DNA of 60,613 nucleotides, filler included, from Perkinsus olseni (Eukaryota): NCBI GenBank assembly GCA_013115125.1. It is 12 parts of 12 records of this genome, joined end to end, with 100 filler letters (N's around TTAATTAATTAA, not from the genome) between each part and the next. Parts side by side here need not be neighbours in the genome. Positions count along the whole stretch, not along the records: positions 55,718 to 60,613 come from JABANN010001235.1; 11 more parts are not named here. One strand, 5' to 3'. Shown piece by piece: positions 58,915 to 60,613 of this stretch (position 1 is its first letter; each line of letters starts with the position of its first letter). The notes under the pieces were generated by a model. It saw only the letters and a program-made list of their open reading frames with translations, ran no database searches and was not told where the DNA came from. The position numbers and the translations under genes were made by a program.

Positions 58915-60542
58915 ACGCCACAGCAAAGACAACACAAAATCAGGTATGGCCTGGACGACGCTGTAGAGGCGTAAACGAGAATTTCTCGTGGGATTGTGCT
59001 TCAGCTAACTGCCGCGAGAGTCGAAATCCCTGTGACTACGTACAGACCTCACAAGGTAGAACGAAAACCGCACAGAACGCAATACTGCGCGCGCGCCACA
59101 GCGAGAAACCACGCAAAATCAGGTATGGTCTGAACGACGCTGCAGGGGCGTCAACGACAATTTTTGGTGGGATTTTGCTTCATCTTACCACCGCGAGAGT
59201 CGAAATCCCTGTTACTACATTCTGGACGACGCTGCAGGGAAGTAAACGGCAATTTTTCGTGGGATTTCGCTTCATCTTACCGCCGCGAAAGTCGAAACCC
59301 CTGTGACTACATACAGGCCTCACAGGGTAGAACGACACCCGCACAGAACGCAGTAGTGCGCACGCGCCACAGCGAGAAACCACGCAACATCAGGTATGGC
59401 CTGGACGACGCTGCAGAGGCGTAAACGAGAATTTCTCGTGGGATTGTGCTTCAGCTAACAGCCGCGAGAGTCGAAATCCCTGCGACTACGTACAGACCTC
59501 ACAAGGCAGAACGAAAACCGCACAGAACGCAATACTGCGCACGCGCCACAGCGAGAAACCACGCAAAATCAGGTATGGTCTGAACGACGCTGCAGGGGCG
59601 TAAACGACAATTTCTCGTGAGATTTTGCTTCAGCTAACTGCCGCGAGAGCCGAAATCCCTGTGACTACATACAGACCTCACAAGGTAGAACGACAACCGC
59701 ACAGAACGCAATACTGCGCACGCGCCACAGCGAGAAACAACGCAAAATCAGGTATGGTCTGGACGACGCTGCAGGGGCGTAAACGACAATTTTTCGTGGG
59801 ATTTTGCTTCATCTTACCACCGCGAGAGGCGAAATCCCTGTTACTACATTCTGGACGACGCTGCAGGGAAGTAAACGGCAATTTTTCGTGGGATTTCGCT
59901 TCATCTTACCGCCGCGAAAGTCGAAAGTTTCGACTCGAAACCCCTGTGACTACATACAGGCCTCACAGGGTAGAGCGACAACCGCACAGAACGCAGTAGT
60001 GCGCACGCGCTACAGCGAGAAACCACGCAACATCAGGTATGGTCTGGACGACGCTGCAGAGGCGTAAACGACAATCTCTCGTGGGATTTTGCTTCACCTT
60101 ACCGCCGCGAGAGTCGAAATCCCTGTGACTACATACAGGCCTCACAGGGTAGAACGGCAACCGCACAGAAAGCAGTACTGCGCACGCGCCACAGCGAGAA
60201 ACCACGCAACATCAGGTATGGCCTGGACGACGCTGTAGAGGCGTAAACGAGAATTTCTCGTGGGATTGTGATTCAGCTAACAGCCGCGAGAGTCGAAATC
60301 CCTGTGACTACGTACAGACCTCACAAGGTAGAACAAAAACCGCACAGAACGCAATACTGCGGACGCGCCACAGCGAGAAACCACGCAAAATCAGGTATGG
60401 TCTGAACGACCCTGCCGGGGCGTAAACGACAATTTCTCGTGAGATTTTGCTTCAGTTAACTGCCGCGAGAGCCGAAATCCCTGTGACTACATACAGACCT
60501 CACAAGGTAGAAAGGCAACCGCACAGAACGCAATACTGCGCA
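58915..60542 (+). repeat. Tandem satellite, 179-bp monomer with extended 271/285-bp variants
   Basis: The CAGGTATGG anchor lies at 58941, 59120, 59391, 59570, 59749, 60034, 60213 and 60392, giving spacings 179, 271, 179, 179, 285, 179, 179. Confidence 0.95.
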
Positions 60543-60613
60543 CTGCGCGGTAGCGCGGGTTCGATACTATATTACTGTGACGCCGGGCGTGCGCGATACG
60601 CAACGGTTGTCCC

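Noticed and set aside
58915-60542. CRISPR-like array
   Set aside because: Whole units are repeated with no unique spacers, no cas genes are present, and the context is eukaryotic.

Overview
This is not one locus. It is a pseudomolecule of 12 unrelated eukaryotic scaffolds of about 4.9-5.0 kb, ordered by decreasing length and joined by artificial N44-TTAATTAATTAA-N44 linkers. The short GT-AG introns (about 45-80 nt), the PFOR-cytochrome P450 reductase fusion (PNO) and the transposon mix suggest an alveolate protist, most likely Perkinsus (inference). Host genes: two partial tandem PNO copies, a PMP34/SLC25A17-like peroxisomal carrier, an ERCC8/CSA-like WD40 protein, a QTRT2-like TGT accessory subunit, and several secreted Cys-rich proteins including a pair of defensin-like peptides. 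Mobile DNA: an apparently intact Ty3/gypsy gag-pol, a tyrosine-recombinase (Ngaro/DIRS-type) retrotransposon, LINE 3' fragments, integrase relics and a 179-bp satellite. The three most unusual signals are: (1) an orphan ORF sitting directly before a PPT and LTR-like start and carrying about 31 strand-specific GCCCTT motifs in all three frames; (2) gag and pol of the YR element in one frame, separated by a single TGA in the classic TGA-CTA readthrough context; (3) pervasive locally templated palindromic blocks, often with a 1-nt centre, one of which is visible as a 14-nt insertion in one satellite unit.
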